Source: a virus
Reading direction: 5' to 3' (one strand)
Virus record (IMG/VR): IMGVR_UViG_3300008266_000033
Location: 1 to 64,000 of that record
DNA length: 64,000 nucleotides
Positions 7,601 to 14,196 of the stretch are shown here, in pieces. Below the pieces are notes generated by a model. The model was not told where the DNA came from and did not search any database. It saw nothing but the letters and a program-made list of their open reading frames with translations. A program made the position numbers and the translations under genes. The first letter of the stretch is position 1, and the number at the start of each line of letters is the position of its first letter.

Positions 7601-9998
7601 TATAGGCTTTTAACCTACCTAAAATTCCAGGTGTTACTACTTTAATTTCATTAATAAATGGAGGTAAATTTTTTAAATTAACTTTACTAAGATCTTTTAT
7701 TATTAAAGTATGTTGGTAATTATCAGGATAATCAGTAATTTGAGCTAATGTTCTTTTTGTACTACCACCTATAATTCTATTATGAATGTATGGAGATAAT
7801 GAATCAAATAATCTTGCGTATGTGGGAGTATCTAAACTAAAAGCAATATAATATATCTTATCATCACCAGAAACTCCATAAGTATATACAGCATCACCAT
7901 CTAACAATTCACCATTAAAATACAATTCCCCCTCAGTTGAGTTATCATTTTCATCATAATAATAAGCATCATATGTAAATGGTTTGGGTGCGTTTACTTT
8001 AATTTCATTCAAATTATTAACAATTTTTACATTACTAACATCGTTTATTTTAATTACAAAATTATATCCACTATTAGAGGTACTCATTATATTATGTGAT
8101 GGTAATATATTTTCTATAGTATCATATATTTTTGATGGGATGTGAGTTACAATGAGCCCTCTATCTTTATGAAAAACAGCATAATCATCCAACAATGTAT
8201 CCTTAAAATACAATTTTCCTTTTTGTAATTGATCTCCTATACTTATTACCTCAAACCTAAAGGAGCTAGGGGCGTTTACTTTGATTTCGTTTAGCTTATT
8301 GATGATTTTAATATTGTTTAAATTTTTAAATGTTATACCAACTATATCATCCGGATGATTTTCTGCTTCATGTGGAGGTAATGAATTTTCTATTGTTTCA
8401 TATGTTTTTGAAGGTAACGAAAAATATATTATTGGGGAACCTTCCTCTCGCATCAAGTGGGCATAATCATTTAAAAGCGTATCATTTAAATAAATATTTC
8501 CATAAATCATATTAAAAAAGGGATTTTTTCTAGATGCTTCGAATCTAATAGATGAATTAGGAGTTTTTACTTTAATTTCATCAATAGAGGCTTCAACTGG
8601 ATTATCTTCCACATATTTCATTAAATTATTTATATGTTTGAATCTTCTACCTTTACTATCATCACCCAAATGAACTACTATTACTCCAGAGGGTTCTACA
8701 ATAATTGAATTTTTGTTTATAATTTTTGAACCAGGAAACAAGTAAATTATATGCCCGTATAATCTAGATTCAACCATTGTAGCCTCAGGATACAAAGATA
8801 AAATCCTTGAATATAATTGTTTTTCTATAATGTTTGGTGAATTTACTTTGATTTCATTCAAATTATTAACAATAGCAACCTTGTTAGGATCAATTACATA
8901 ATGAATACGTTTATCAGTAGAAAATGGCTCATATTCTTCTATATTATTGATCTTTAACAAATTTGTTAACTTTTCAAATTCAGGATTTTCTTTTTCTAAA
9001 TAAAACTGTACATGATTATATCTAGGATAAGTATTATATATAGCATTATCATCTACAAGATTACTGGATAAATAAAATTTTCCAAAATACACATCCCCGA
9101 GACCTTTTCTTTCAATTTCAAATCTAAATAATGAAGGTCTATTTACTGTGATTTCTTTTAATAATTTACCTGTTACAAGTATTGGGGTGTTGGGGGCAAT
9201 AAGATCTACCTCCTCAGGAGTTAAAGAATTTTTAATTTTTAGAGCAAACTCAGATACAATTTTTATTAAGTTTTTTTCCTCAATTACAGGAAGTAACTGT
9301 GATAATGTTGGATTTCCTTCAGAATCATCATATGTTGTGTTATTATAAGACCGCAAAATTAAAGCCTCACCAGAAACATTTTGAGGAATTAAAGCATTTC
9401 CTGTCCAAGGTTCTTTCCAAGTATCATCTGAGGGCTTTATTTGGATAGTAAGACTGGTTTGATTAGGAGGATAATAGTCAGGAGCCTGCCCATAATACAA
9501 TCCATCAAAAGAGGCTCTAAAATTAGATATATCGTAATTTAATTCTTGGGCTAATTTAGACAACAAAGAATATGTTTGGGTTGCTATTTTATCATACAAT
9601 AATTTCCTCTCAGGAGATGCTTCCCATGAATATATTTGGGCCTTTATTCCTGGTGTGTTTATTTTGATTTCATTTATCAAACCCAATTCATCAACAATTT
9701 TGATATCTTTTATATCATCAAACAAAACCTCTAAATAAGTACCAAAATAAGGTCCACCTAATTTACCCTCATATTCATCTAATATCTCGTGTGGGGGTAA
9801 TTGATCTTTAACTCTATCATATGTTTCTTTAGAAATTTCAGCAACCATTGATTTAGCTAAAGACAAAAAAGTACTATCATCTAAAAGCTCATCATAAAGG
9901 TACAAATTACCAAAGAATTCATTTGGTAGAAAACCTGTGCGTTTATTGGTTACTTCAAATCTAAGTGCGGATGGTCTTTTTACTTTAATCTCATTCAT
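4611..9998 (-). CDS. 17-module EIK-motif polyprotein (putative protease-processed internal head/ejection cargo)
   Basis: 17 copies of [LIVMT]-x-E-I-[KT]-[IV]-x-x-P separate ~80-175-aa modules. Late-type ATATTTATA motif at 10018-10026. Confidence 0.85.
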   Translation of the reverse strand: MNEIKVKRPSALRFEVTNKRTGFLPNEFFGNLYLYDELLDDSTFLSLAKSMVAEISKETYDRVKDQLPPHEILDEYEGKLGGPYFGTYLEVLFDDIKDIKIVDELGLINEIKINTPGIKAQIYSWEASPERKLLYDKIATQTYSLLSKLAQELNYDISNFRASFDGLYYGQAPDYYPPNQTSLTIQIKPSDDTWKEPWTGNALIPQNVSGEALILRSYNNTTYDDSEGNPTLSQLLPVIEEKNLIKIVSEFALKIKNSLTPEEVDLIAPNTPILVTGKLLKEITVNRPSLFRFEIERKGLGDVYFGKFYLSSNLVDDNAIYNTYPRYNHVQFYLEKENPEFEKLTNLLKINNIEEYEPFSTDKRIHYVIDPNKVAIVNNLNEIKVNSPNIIEKQLYSRILSLYPEATMVESRLYGHIIYLFPGSKIINKNSIIVEPSGVIVVHLGDDSKGRRFKHINNLMKYVEDNPVEASIDEIKVKTPNSSIRFEASRKNPFFNMIYGNIYLNDTLLNDYAHLMREEGSPIIYFSLPSKTYETIENSLPPHEAENHPDDIVGITFKNLNNIKIINKLNEIKVNAPSSFRFEVISIGDQLQKGKLYFKDTLLDDYAVFHKDRGLIVTHIPSKIYDTIENILPSHNIMSTSNSGYNFVIKINDVSNVKIVNNLNEIKVNAPKPFTYDAYYYDENDNSTEGELYFNGELLDGDAVYTYGVSGDDKIYYIAFSLDTPTYARLFDSLSPYIHNRIIGGSTKRTLAQITDYPDNYQHTLIIKDLSKVNLKNLPPFINEIKVVTPGILGRLKAYKSQIEFTNDLKEKNELALKAIELVLPIFEKLVPNDKSPHEAIESAQVYLLNPTRENKLAISQVNLNSPGYPDAAKLILNAVYAVVWAVVTDDPNIKNALNSITYAIKAVEADQASQLDEIKINKPGKPFKLKVDSYEESNESYFGELYFNNKLLDDTTVYYPDKRNDVSLEPHRLQQYIVFELPLPVDQDLQQALLDNGAKITIQHSDRIFYGIKDLNNVDIVDTQGLVNEIKVNAPMDSRRPYIDNRYVDLKSIELEDVFQSDYPDFADAYISYAKFEDGTELTSEQLEYIQEEWPDLVNELAHNSFINEIKIGVPGWKNFNLRKVVRFDGTIFTLSLDHPELRSTYFVFYKTNEDFVTWVWDIEYRQDIDEKERLVNLLSKYDKPFELIPEFGFVKIPLSLINISQPIGEIKVGVPNKVFKFKTRASLGDGLFMGDLYFKNKIIDSNAFHNKKSLVNRLRFILPESVYQSLKNEIDPYVIEVSAYDTDEPNIVFIIDDLNSVLFMDDNVNEIKISTPNWKNIEAELVDEDNDIEIFQFAHPESHIFWYGHKEQGSDVFNIEFGDDDEAAHEEHLAKKLTDLLSKYNKSYKRIDHDDEMFWIQIPKNIVTVIDENIDEIKISTPGWKNFTLDLMNIVDIDGNGVPTYNITLKHPELKLNYFGYHKTNEDYIIWPFDDWDEEEGHKAELTNLLDKYSKSYKIVNDAGPDEDFADSYIKIPLSLIDVPVNEIKINKPKTKFEFPLMVNNQEEYDFYTDELLKSGKRWFENYDGTLHDISSIAWPYVGPDDDKFPFCIKTNYWKPEIIHAIPYSACKKLNEIKVQAPTKYRKGMYLIPKNKKVNNAFYIVGSPEKRYDKYREEYTNVYPYNFDDPNGETHGMIEEWYLDSRYKIGESAQSNTNEIKIQSPKNIIPLKFKKILTDHTGWRDGVIYSVDIEGFPETSVTIHDDEPDVVYLYPGQYAGDIKTKLDMLSIPYESLVNNILVDKKYFSNYEIN

Positions 9999-10060
9999 GA
10001 AAAAAACAGTATTTTATTATAAATATAAGAAATTTTTAGGAGGAAAACACTGGATATCAA

Positions 10061-10249
10061 ATATGTATATACCTTTTCCCTATAAACTATATAGGTCTAG
10101 CTCTTAGAGTTGCGGGAAAGCCTATAGTTGGCAAAATCCCTATAGTGGAAATTGAGAGTGATTTTTTGGATGTGTGTGGTGTGTGTATGTGTGGTGAGGA
10201 ATGTATATACGTATATATGTATATACCTTTTTTTATAGACTATATAGGT
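10061..10249. repeat. Imperfect 35-36-bp direct repeat
   Basis: ATATGTATATACCTTTTccCTATAaACTATATAGGT (10061-10096) versus ATATGTATATACCTTTTttTATAgACTATATAGGT (10215-10249). Confidence 0.85.
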
Positions 10250-10403
10250 ATTAACTCTGATAAGATATTGCCTTTCTTTATACGCCATATATGGGCGCAT
10301 ATGGACATTAACGCACGTGGGAGGTACCACCACCATACGCCATATATACGCCGTATATACCGCATATATATGCATGCCATAACACAAACATAGGCTGCCG
10401 TGC

Positions 10404-10449
10404 AGTAGAAATCCCGTACCTATAATAAAATATAGTACGGGACTCTACT
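10404..10449. terminator. Long hairpin downstream of the RadA-like gene
   Basis: AGTAGA..TCCCGTAC(C)TATA-ATAAAA-TATAGTACGGGA.TCTACT inverted repeat. Confidence 0.55.
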
Positions 10450-10463
10450 AACACACAACTATT

Positions 10464-11306
10464 TTAATTTTCGTTCCTATTTGAGACCACCATATGTGCG
10501 AACTCAGTATAATTAATAAGGTTATTTGATAATACGAATCCCATTTTCTCACCTACTACTCCACGACGGTTTTTACTAAACTCCATGTATCGGTATCCTG
10601 ATTCTTTATCGAATCGCATGTGCATCATTCCTGTTGTCATGTGTTTCAATCGGTTTGAACCTACGAAATCACCGCCTTTGGTTACTTGCTGGATGATTAA
10701 AAAACATGTATATGATTGGTGGGTGTTATTGCCGTTGTTATGAGCCTCTAGTAAGTGTAGCATCCACTGTTCAGCACGACCGGCATTCCACTTATGGTAA
10801 TCTTTTACTGATTCGGTTACTTCGGCCCAACTATCAATTAATACTAAATCATAACCTGGTTCAAGAGCCTTTTCAATTACGGTTTTAGGATCATACTCAG
10901 CATAGTCACCCATAAACACTGTATCTACGAATGCAAATTGAGGGTAACGTTTACAGTAACCAACCATATCAATACGGTTCATTTCACCTGATATAAATAA
11001 TACTCGTTTACCGGCAGTCTTTTTAGCACGGCATAGAAAATCTAATAATACTGTTGATTTACCTACTCCAGGATCACCTACAGCAATTAAGTTAGTTGCA
11101 GGCATAAAACCTCCGTCGGCAGATATAAACTTATCAATTAATGGGTGGCCTGTTCTAACCGGTATAAAGATATTATCATCAAATTCAATATCATTTAAAC
11201 GAACAGGCTCAATAACTAAATTAGCATGTGTTGAGGCTGCTTTTGAGGCTGATGATGGACGTCCTCTTTTTTTCATTTCTACGTGTGGGAATGGTTGTGT
11301 GTTCAT
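10464..11306 (-). CDS. RadA/Sms-like RecA-superfamily ATPase (ATPase domain only, N-terminal AT-hook-like KKRGRPS)
   Basis: Walker A GDPGVGKST, VLFISGEM, Walker B LVLIDS, QVTKGGDFVGSNRLKH, and SKNRRG (compare RadA KNRFG). Confidence 0.8.
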   Translation of the reverse strand: MNTQPFPHVEMKKRGRPSSASKAASTHANLVIEPVRLNDIEFDDNIFIPVRTGHPLIDKFISADGGFMPATNLIAVGDPGVGKSTVLLDFLCRAKKTAGKRVLFISGEMNRIDMVGYCKRYPQFAFVDTVFMGDYAEYDPKTVIEKALEPGYDLVLIDSWAEVTESVKDYHKWNAGRAEQWMLHLLEAHNNGNNTHQSYTCFLIIQQVTKGGDFVGSNRLKHMTTGMMHMRFDKESGYRYMEFSKNRRGVVGEKMGFVLSNNLINYTEFAHMVVSNRNEN

Positions 11307-11345
11307 AGTGTGGGGTTTTAGGTGTGTGTTACGTTTTCTTATGAT

Positions 11346-11414
11346 GTAAATATACGAACATTACTTTTGAAATCCACATTTTGATATGACGCTAATATGA
11401 CTTTTATATGACGT
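11346..11414 (-). promoter_or_regulatory. Class I (early, host-sigma-like) promoter with three upstream ATATGAC boxes at 11-bp spacing
   Basis: Minus strand reads GTGGATTT-N-TTCGTATATTTAC. ATATGAC at 11384, 11395 and 11406. Confidence 0.65.
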
Positions 11415-11417
11415 GTG

Positions 11418-11455
11418 AAAAAAATAGGGTAGGCGTTTTATATTACCTACCCTAT
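11418..11455 (-). terminator. Intrinsic terminator
   Basis: 10-bp stem ATAGGGTAGG/CCTACCCTAT followed by a T-run on the minus strand. Confidence 0.75.
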
Positions 11456-11668
11456 CAAAAAACACACACACTTTCTAATTTAATAGGTAATGGGGGGGAA
11501 CCGGCCTCCCCCCCGTACCTGGTTTAAGTCCGGCTTACTATCTCTAGTTACCGGCTCTGCGCGTGGTGGACGGGTACACCTTATAATCCCGTCTTAATGG
11601 ACCCGATGGTCCTATATACCCCCCTATTTAACTAAATCCCCTATATAATTTCGGGGGGCGTTTTATAT
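11418..11668 (-). ncRNA. Candidate ~250-nt structured non-coding RNA
   Basis: GC-rich island with no ATG on the minus strand. Hairpins at 11492-11514, 11569-11593 and 11599-11612. Promoter-like TTGGATT...TATATTTATA upstream and an intrinsic terminator downstream. Confidence 0.5.
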
Positions 11669-11724
11669 AATATAAATATAATAAAAATTTTTTTCTAATC
11701 CAACCTTAATATAAAGAACTTTTG

Positions 11725-11809
11725 TACTCGGGACGGGAATCGAACCCGTACAATCTCAATGATCACAGGATTTTAAGTCCTGCGTGTCTACCAGTTCCAC
11801 CACCCGAGC
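11725..11809 (-). tRNA. trnL: tRNA-Leu(UAA)
   Basis: GCTCGGG/CCCGAGT acceptor stem, anticodon arm CAGGA-CTTAAAA-TCCTG, long variable arm, GGTTCGATTCC T-loop. CCA not encoded. Class I promoter at 11817-11827. Confidence 0.95.
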
Positions 11810-11834
11810 AACTGGGGTAAATATACGAACGGTT

Positions 11835-12167
11835 TTATTTAATTCCAAGCTGAGTTATACCTTCTATGATTTCTTCTTCATTTTTAGCCTTTGCTATCAC
11901 AGCAATAATAGAGGCTACTTGATCAGTATTAATATAACCCAGCACATCATCGTATTCACCCAATCGAATAAAAAACCCATCCTCATTTTCATTCCAACAT
12001 GCCACCTCAATACGTTCAACCTCGTTTTGAGTCGGGTTAATAGTATCAAAAGGCTCATTTCTGTTATCGGAATAACTACCAGCTGTGGATGAGAGTGATA
12101 CGGTGAATCCATTTTCAAATGTCATCTGAAATACACAGTTGCGGTGAAATTTAAATTTGTTTTTCAT
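11835..12167 (-). CDS. Hypothetical protein
   Basis: 110-aa ORF (FQMTFENGFTVS...EVACW...DDVLGY), typical small early phage gene. Confidence 0.75.
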   Translation of the reverse strand: MKNKFKFHRNCVFQMTFENGFTVSLSSTAGSYSDNRNEPFDTINPTQNEVERIEVACWNENEDGFFIRLGEYDDVLGYINTDQVASIIAVIAKAKNEEEIIEGITQLGIK

Positions 12168-12180
12168 AGGTTAAAGGGGT

Positions 12181-12408
12181 TTATAAACATGAAACATGAA
12201 TTGAATTAACATTCTTATAGAATGATACTACTGAGCCACCTGGAGATATTAAATCCCACGTGTGAGTTTTTTCCTTAATCTGAGGGCTAAATACCCCAAA
12301 ATAATGTCCGTCGATGGAGATACTGTATAACATATTTCCAGGCGATTCAACACTATCAGTTACTCTAATTTTGTAACGATCGATAATTTCTTTTGGTAGT
12401 TCAGTCAT
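12181..12408 (-). CDS. Hypothetical protein
   Basis: 75-aa ORF downstream of a class I promoter. Confidence 0.65.
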   Translation of the reverse strand: MTELPKEIIDRYKIRVTDSVESPGNMLYSISIDGHYFGVFSPQIKEKTHTWDLISPGGSVVSFYKNVNSIHVSCL

Positions 12409-12429
12409 GTGTGTGCGTTTTAATTTGCC

Positions 12430-12488
12430 GTAAATATACGAACGGCAATCCTTAAATCCAACCTTTTAATATGACTTTTATATGACGT
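12430..12488 (-). promoter_or_regulatory. Class I promoter with two ATATGAC boxes
   Basis: TTGGATTT-N-TTCGTATATTTAC. The 22-bp block TAATATGACTTTTATATGACGT (12467-12488) is identical to 11393-11414. Confidence 0.7.
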
Positions 12489-12806
12489 TGATTTTGCGCG
12501 CGCTATGTCTCTTTCGTATATACTTTCGCGTAGGGTGAGAAGGGTTGGCGAGCGGGGAAAAAGGGTTGAATACCCCTTGACCCTACCACACACACCCTCA
12601 CACAGTTTTTCATATATACATATATACGTATATACATATATACTTTGACCCATTTTGCTTTCCACATACACCAACGGTTTATACACGGGTTTAATTTTCT
12701 ATAAACGCGTTAAAGTTATTGGCAGCGCGAGTGGTGAAATGTGAATTTAAATTTATATAACCCAGCATATGGTGGTGTAACACGGGTTCAACACGGGTTT
12801 AACATG

Positions 12807-13052
12807 TCATTCGCCTACGCTATTCGCTTTAATCCCATCACCCTTATTCATCGATTCCATCGCTTCATTCCATGCAGCCATCCATCCCGCACGCGCTCCC
12901 ATTATAAACGTTTGTAAGTCACCACTGGTTGTATTAGGGTATTCGCGTTGGAATTCGTTTAATGCTTCGGTTAATTTATCGTCCATGTTATCGCTGGGAT
13001 TATGATTAGCCTTTTTATTTACCATATGTTTTTTTATTAGGTTCGCTATCAT
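12807..13052 (-). CDS. Hypothetical protein (true start probably internal)
   Basis: ORF with unusually CpG-rich codons; overlaps the upstream gene. Confidence 0.55.
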   Translation of the reverse strand: MIANLIKKHMVNKKANHNPSDNMDDKLTEALNEFQREYPNTTSGDLQTFIMGARAGWMAAWNEAMESMNKGDGIKANSVGE

Positions 13053-13197
13053 ATTTAGTTAATATCCAAGCACATTCAACATCAGTTTCTTTACTTTCTA
13101 ATCCAGCATCAACTACATCAGATTTCTTAAAACCTTGTTCAAATGCTAAACACATTAACATATGTACTTCATTCCTTGTATATTGTTTATTTTCCAT
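13015..13197 (-). CDS. Hypothetical protein
   Basis: Likely start MENKQY at 13197, overlapping the upstream stop. Confidence 0.6.
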   Translation of the reverse strand: MENKQYTRNEVHMLMCLAFEQGFKKSDVVDAGLESKETDVECAWILTKYDSEPNKKTYGK

Positions 13198-13396
13198 AAG
13201 TTTCGTTGTAATATTGTTCTGCTCTACCCATATTAGGGTCAAAGTTAGTACCCATAGAATCATATACAGCCTTCATTATCTGCTCCTTCTCCATCATCTC
13301 TGCCTCATAGAAGAACTTGCCTACAAGCATCTTTTCTTCATGTGTAAGATATGGAAACACCACCTTCTTTAAGTATTGTACTGCTGTTTGTTTCAT
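13187..13396 (-). CDS. Hypothetical protein (MKQTAV...EAEMMEKEQI...AEQYYNETYGK type)
   Basis: Likely start at 13396; recurrent small phage protein pattern. Confidence 0.7.
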   Translation of the reverse strand: MKQTAVQYLKKVVFPYLTHEEKMLVGKFFYEAEMMEKEQIMKAVYDSMGTNFDPNMGRAEQYYNETYGK

Positions 13397-13536
13397 TATG
13401 CTTCCCATAATTGATGACATAATGGTGTTAATAATTTACCTGATACTATCCAATATATTAACATAACTGGTAGCATTATCATATCCAATACCATGAAAGG
13501 TGGAGTGAATATTACTTTAATTAGTCGCGTTTTCAT
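13396..13536 (-). CDS. Small membrane protein (46 aa)
   Basis: MKTRLIKVIFTPPFMVLDMIMLPVMLIYWIVSGKLLTPLCHQLWEA; below the track cutoff; stop overlaps the next ATG. Confidence 0.55.
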   Translation of the reverse strand: MKTRLIKVIFTPPFMVLDMIMLPVMLIYWIVSGKLLTPLCHQLWEA

Positions 13537-13552
13537 ACTAAACATTTATTTG

Positions 13553-13626
13553 TGATCCCGGTTGGACTCGAACCAACGACCCACAGCTTAGAAGGCTGTT
13601 GCTCTATCCAGCTGAGCTACGGGACC
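13553..13626 (-). tRNA. trnR: tRNA-Arg(UCU)
   Basis: GGTCCCG/CGGGATC acceptor stem, anticodon arm ACAGC-CTTCTAA-GCTGT, GGTTCGAGTCC T-loop. Confidence 0.95.
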
Positions 13627-13633
13627 AATTTTA

Positions 13634-13837
13634 TTAAAAAATAGATAAAATGAATGTTAAAAATGTTATAAAACCAACCACTGTTATTAATGCTAAATAT
13701 GATGTAGTGTATTGGTCTTGTGAATAATATTTATAAAATTCTTTTAAGGTAACCCGAGATATTTTAGCTGTTACCCAATGTAATCCAAATGTTAGGATTA
13801 ATGATAGTATTATTGCAATTGTTAGTTTCATAACCAC
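13634..13837 (-). CDS. Small two-TM membrane protein
   Basis: Two hydrophobic segments. Confidence 0.65.
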   Translation of the reverse strand: MVMKLTIAIILSLILTFGLHWVTAKISRVTLKEFYKYYSQDQYTTSYLALITVVGFITFLTFILSIF

Positions 13838-14196
13838 TCCTTATCTTTTAAAAATTGTAAAAACGCTTGTAAAAATAATATATTCTCACCACCCATATCA
13901 GGTAATTCCTTATGTGAATCTGGGTTATTATTTAATATTCCTAACATCCAACTATTGTTATCCCAATGGTCTTCTATCCAGTCTTTCCTATCACCCTTTT
14001 TGATAGTGCATTTTACATCAATATCATCATAATATCCATCTTCATCTTTTTTAATGCGAGTAGCTTCAAAGCAAACTTGACTATTTTCAACTACGTACCC
14101 TTCAAATCCAGTTGGATCTAATTCAACTTGATCAATTAATACTTGGTCTTCTCTAACGTACCAAACACCATTAATTTGTATTCTGTTCTTTTCCAT
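13828..14196 (-). CDS. Hypothetical protein
   Basis: 122-aa ORF. Confidence 0.7.
   Translation of the reverse strand: MEKNRIQINGVWYVREDQVLIDQVELDPTGFEGYVVENSQVCFEATRIKKDEDGYYDDIDVKCTIKKGDRKDWIEDHWDNNSWMLGILNNNPDSHKELPDMGGENILFLQAFLQFLKDKEWL

Larger units (their letters stand above)
3055..9998 (-). repeat. Dispersed protein-level repeat encoding x-x-E-I-K-[IV]-x-x-P (22 copies in three ORFs)
   Basis: On + strand it reads as variants of TT[TG]ATTTCATT, e.g. near 4890, 5140, 5410, 5740, 6060, 6665, 6905, 7245, 7645, 8000, 8285, 8575, 8850, 9665 and 9990. Synonymous codon variation (ATT/ATC, AAT/AAC, GAA/GAG) indicates selection on the peptide. Confidence 0.9.
10201..12637. repeat. Perfect 25-bp inverted repeat, arms ~2.4 kb apart
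   Basis: ATGTATATACGTATATATGTATATA (10201-10225) is the reverse complement of TATATACATATATACGTATATACAT (12613-12637). Low complexity, but an exact match. Confidence 0.75.

Noticed and set aside
2754-9998. EIK junctions as a CRISPR array or pure DNA repeat
   Set aside because: Spacing is ~240-560 bp, the repeats vary at synonymous positions and stay in frame, and no cas genes are nearby. The constraint is on the peptide.
2754-9998. Diversity-generating retroelement or intein-based processing
   Set aside because: No reverse transcriptase, no adenine-specific TR/VR pair and no intein C/S...HN motifs are visible.
10097-10393. ORFs 10097-10387 (-) and 10145-10393 (+)
   Set aside because: Low-complexity Y/I/H/T/V translations of TA/CA repeats with non-ATG starts; treated as non-coding.
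11418-11668. tmRNA, RNase P or a third tRNA
   Set aside because: No tRNA-like acceptor/T-arm ends, tag ORF or RNase P P4 consensus could be recognised.
12420-12686. 88-aa minus-strand ORF
   Set aside because: Runs across a promoter, operator boxes and the TA-rich inverted-repeat arm; composition is not protein-like.
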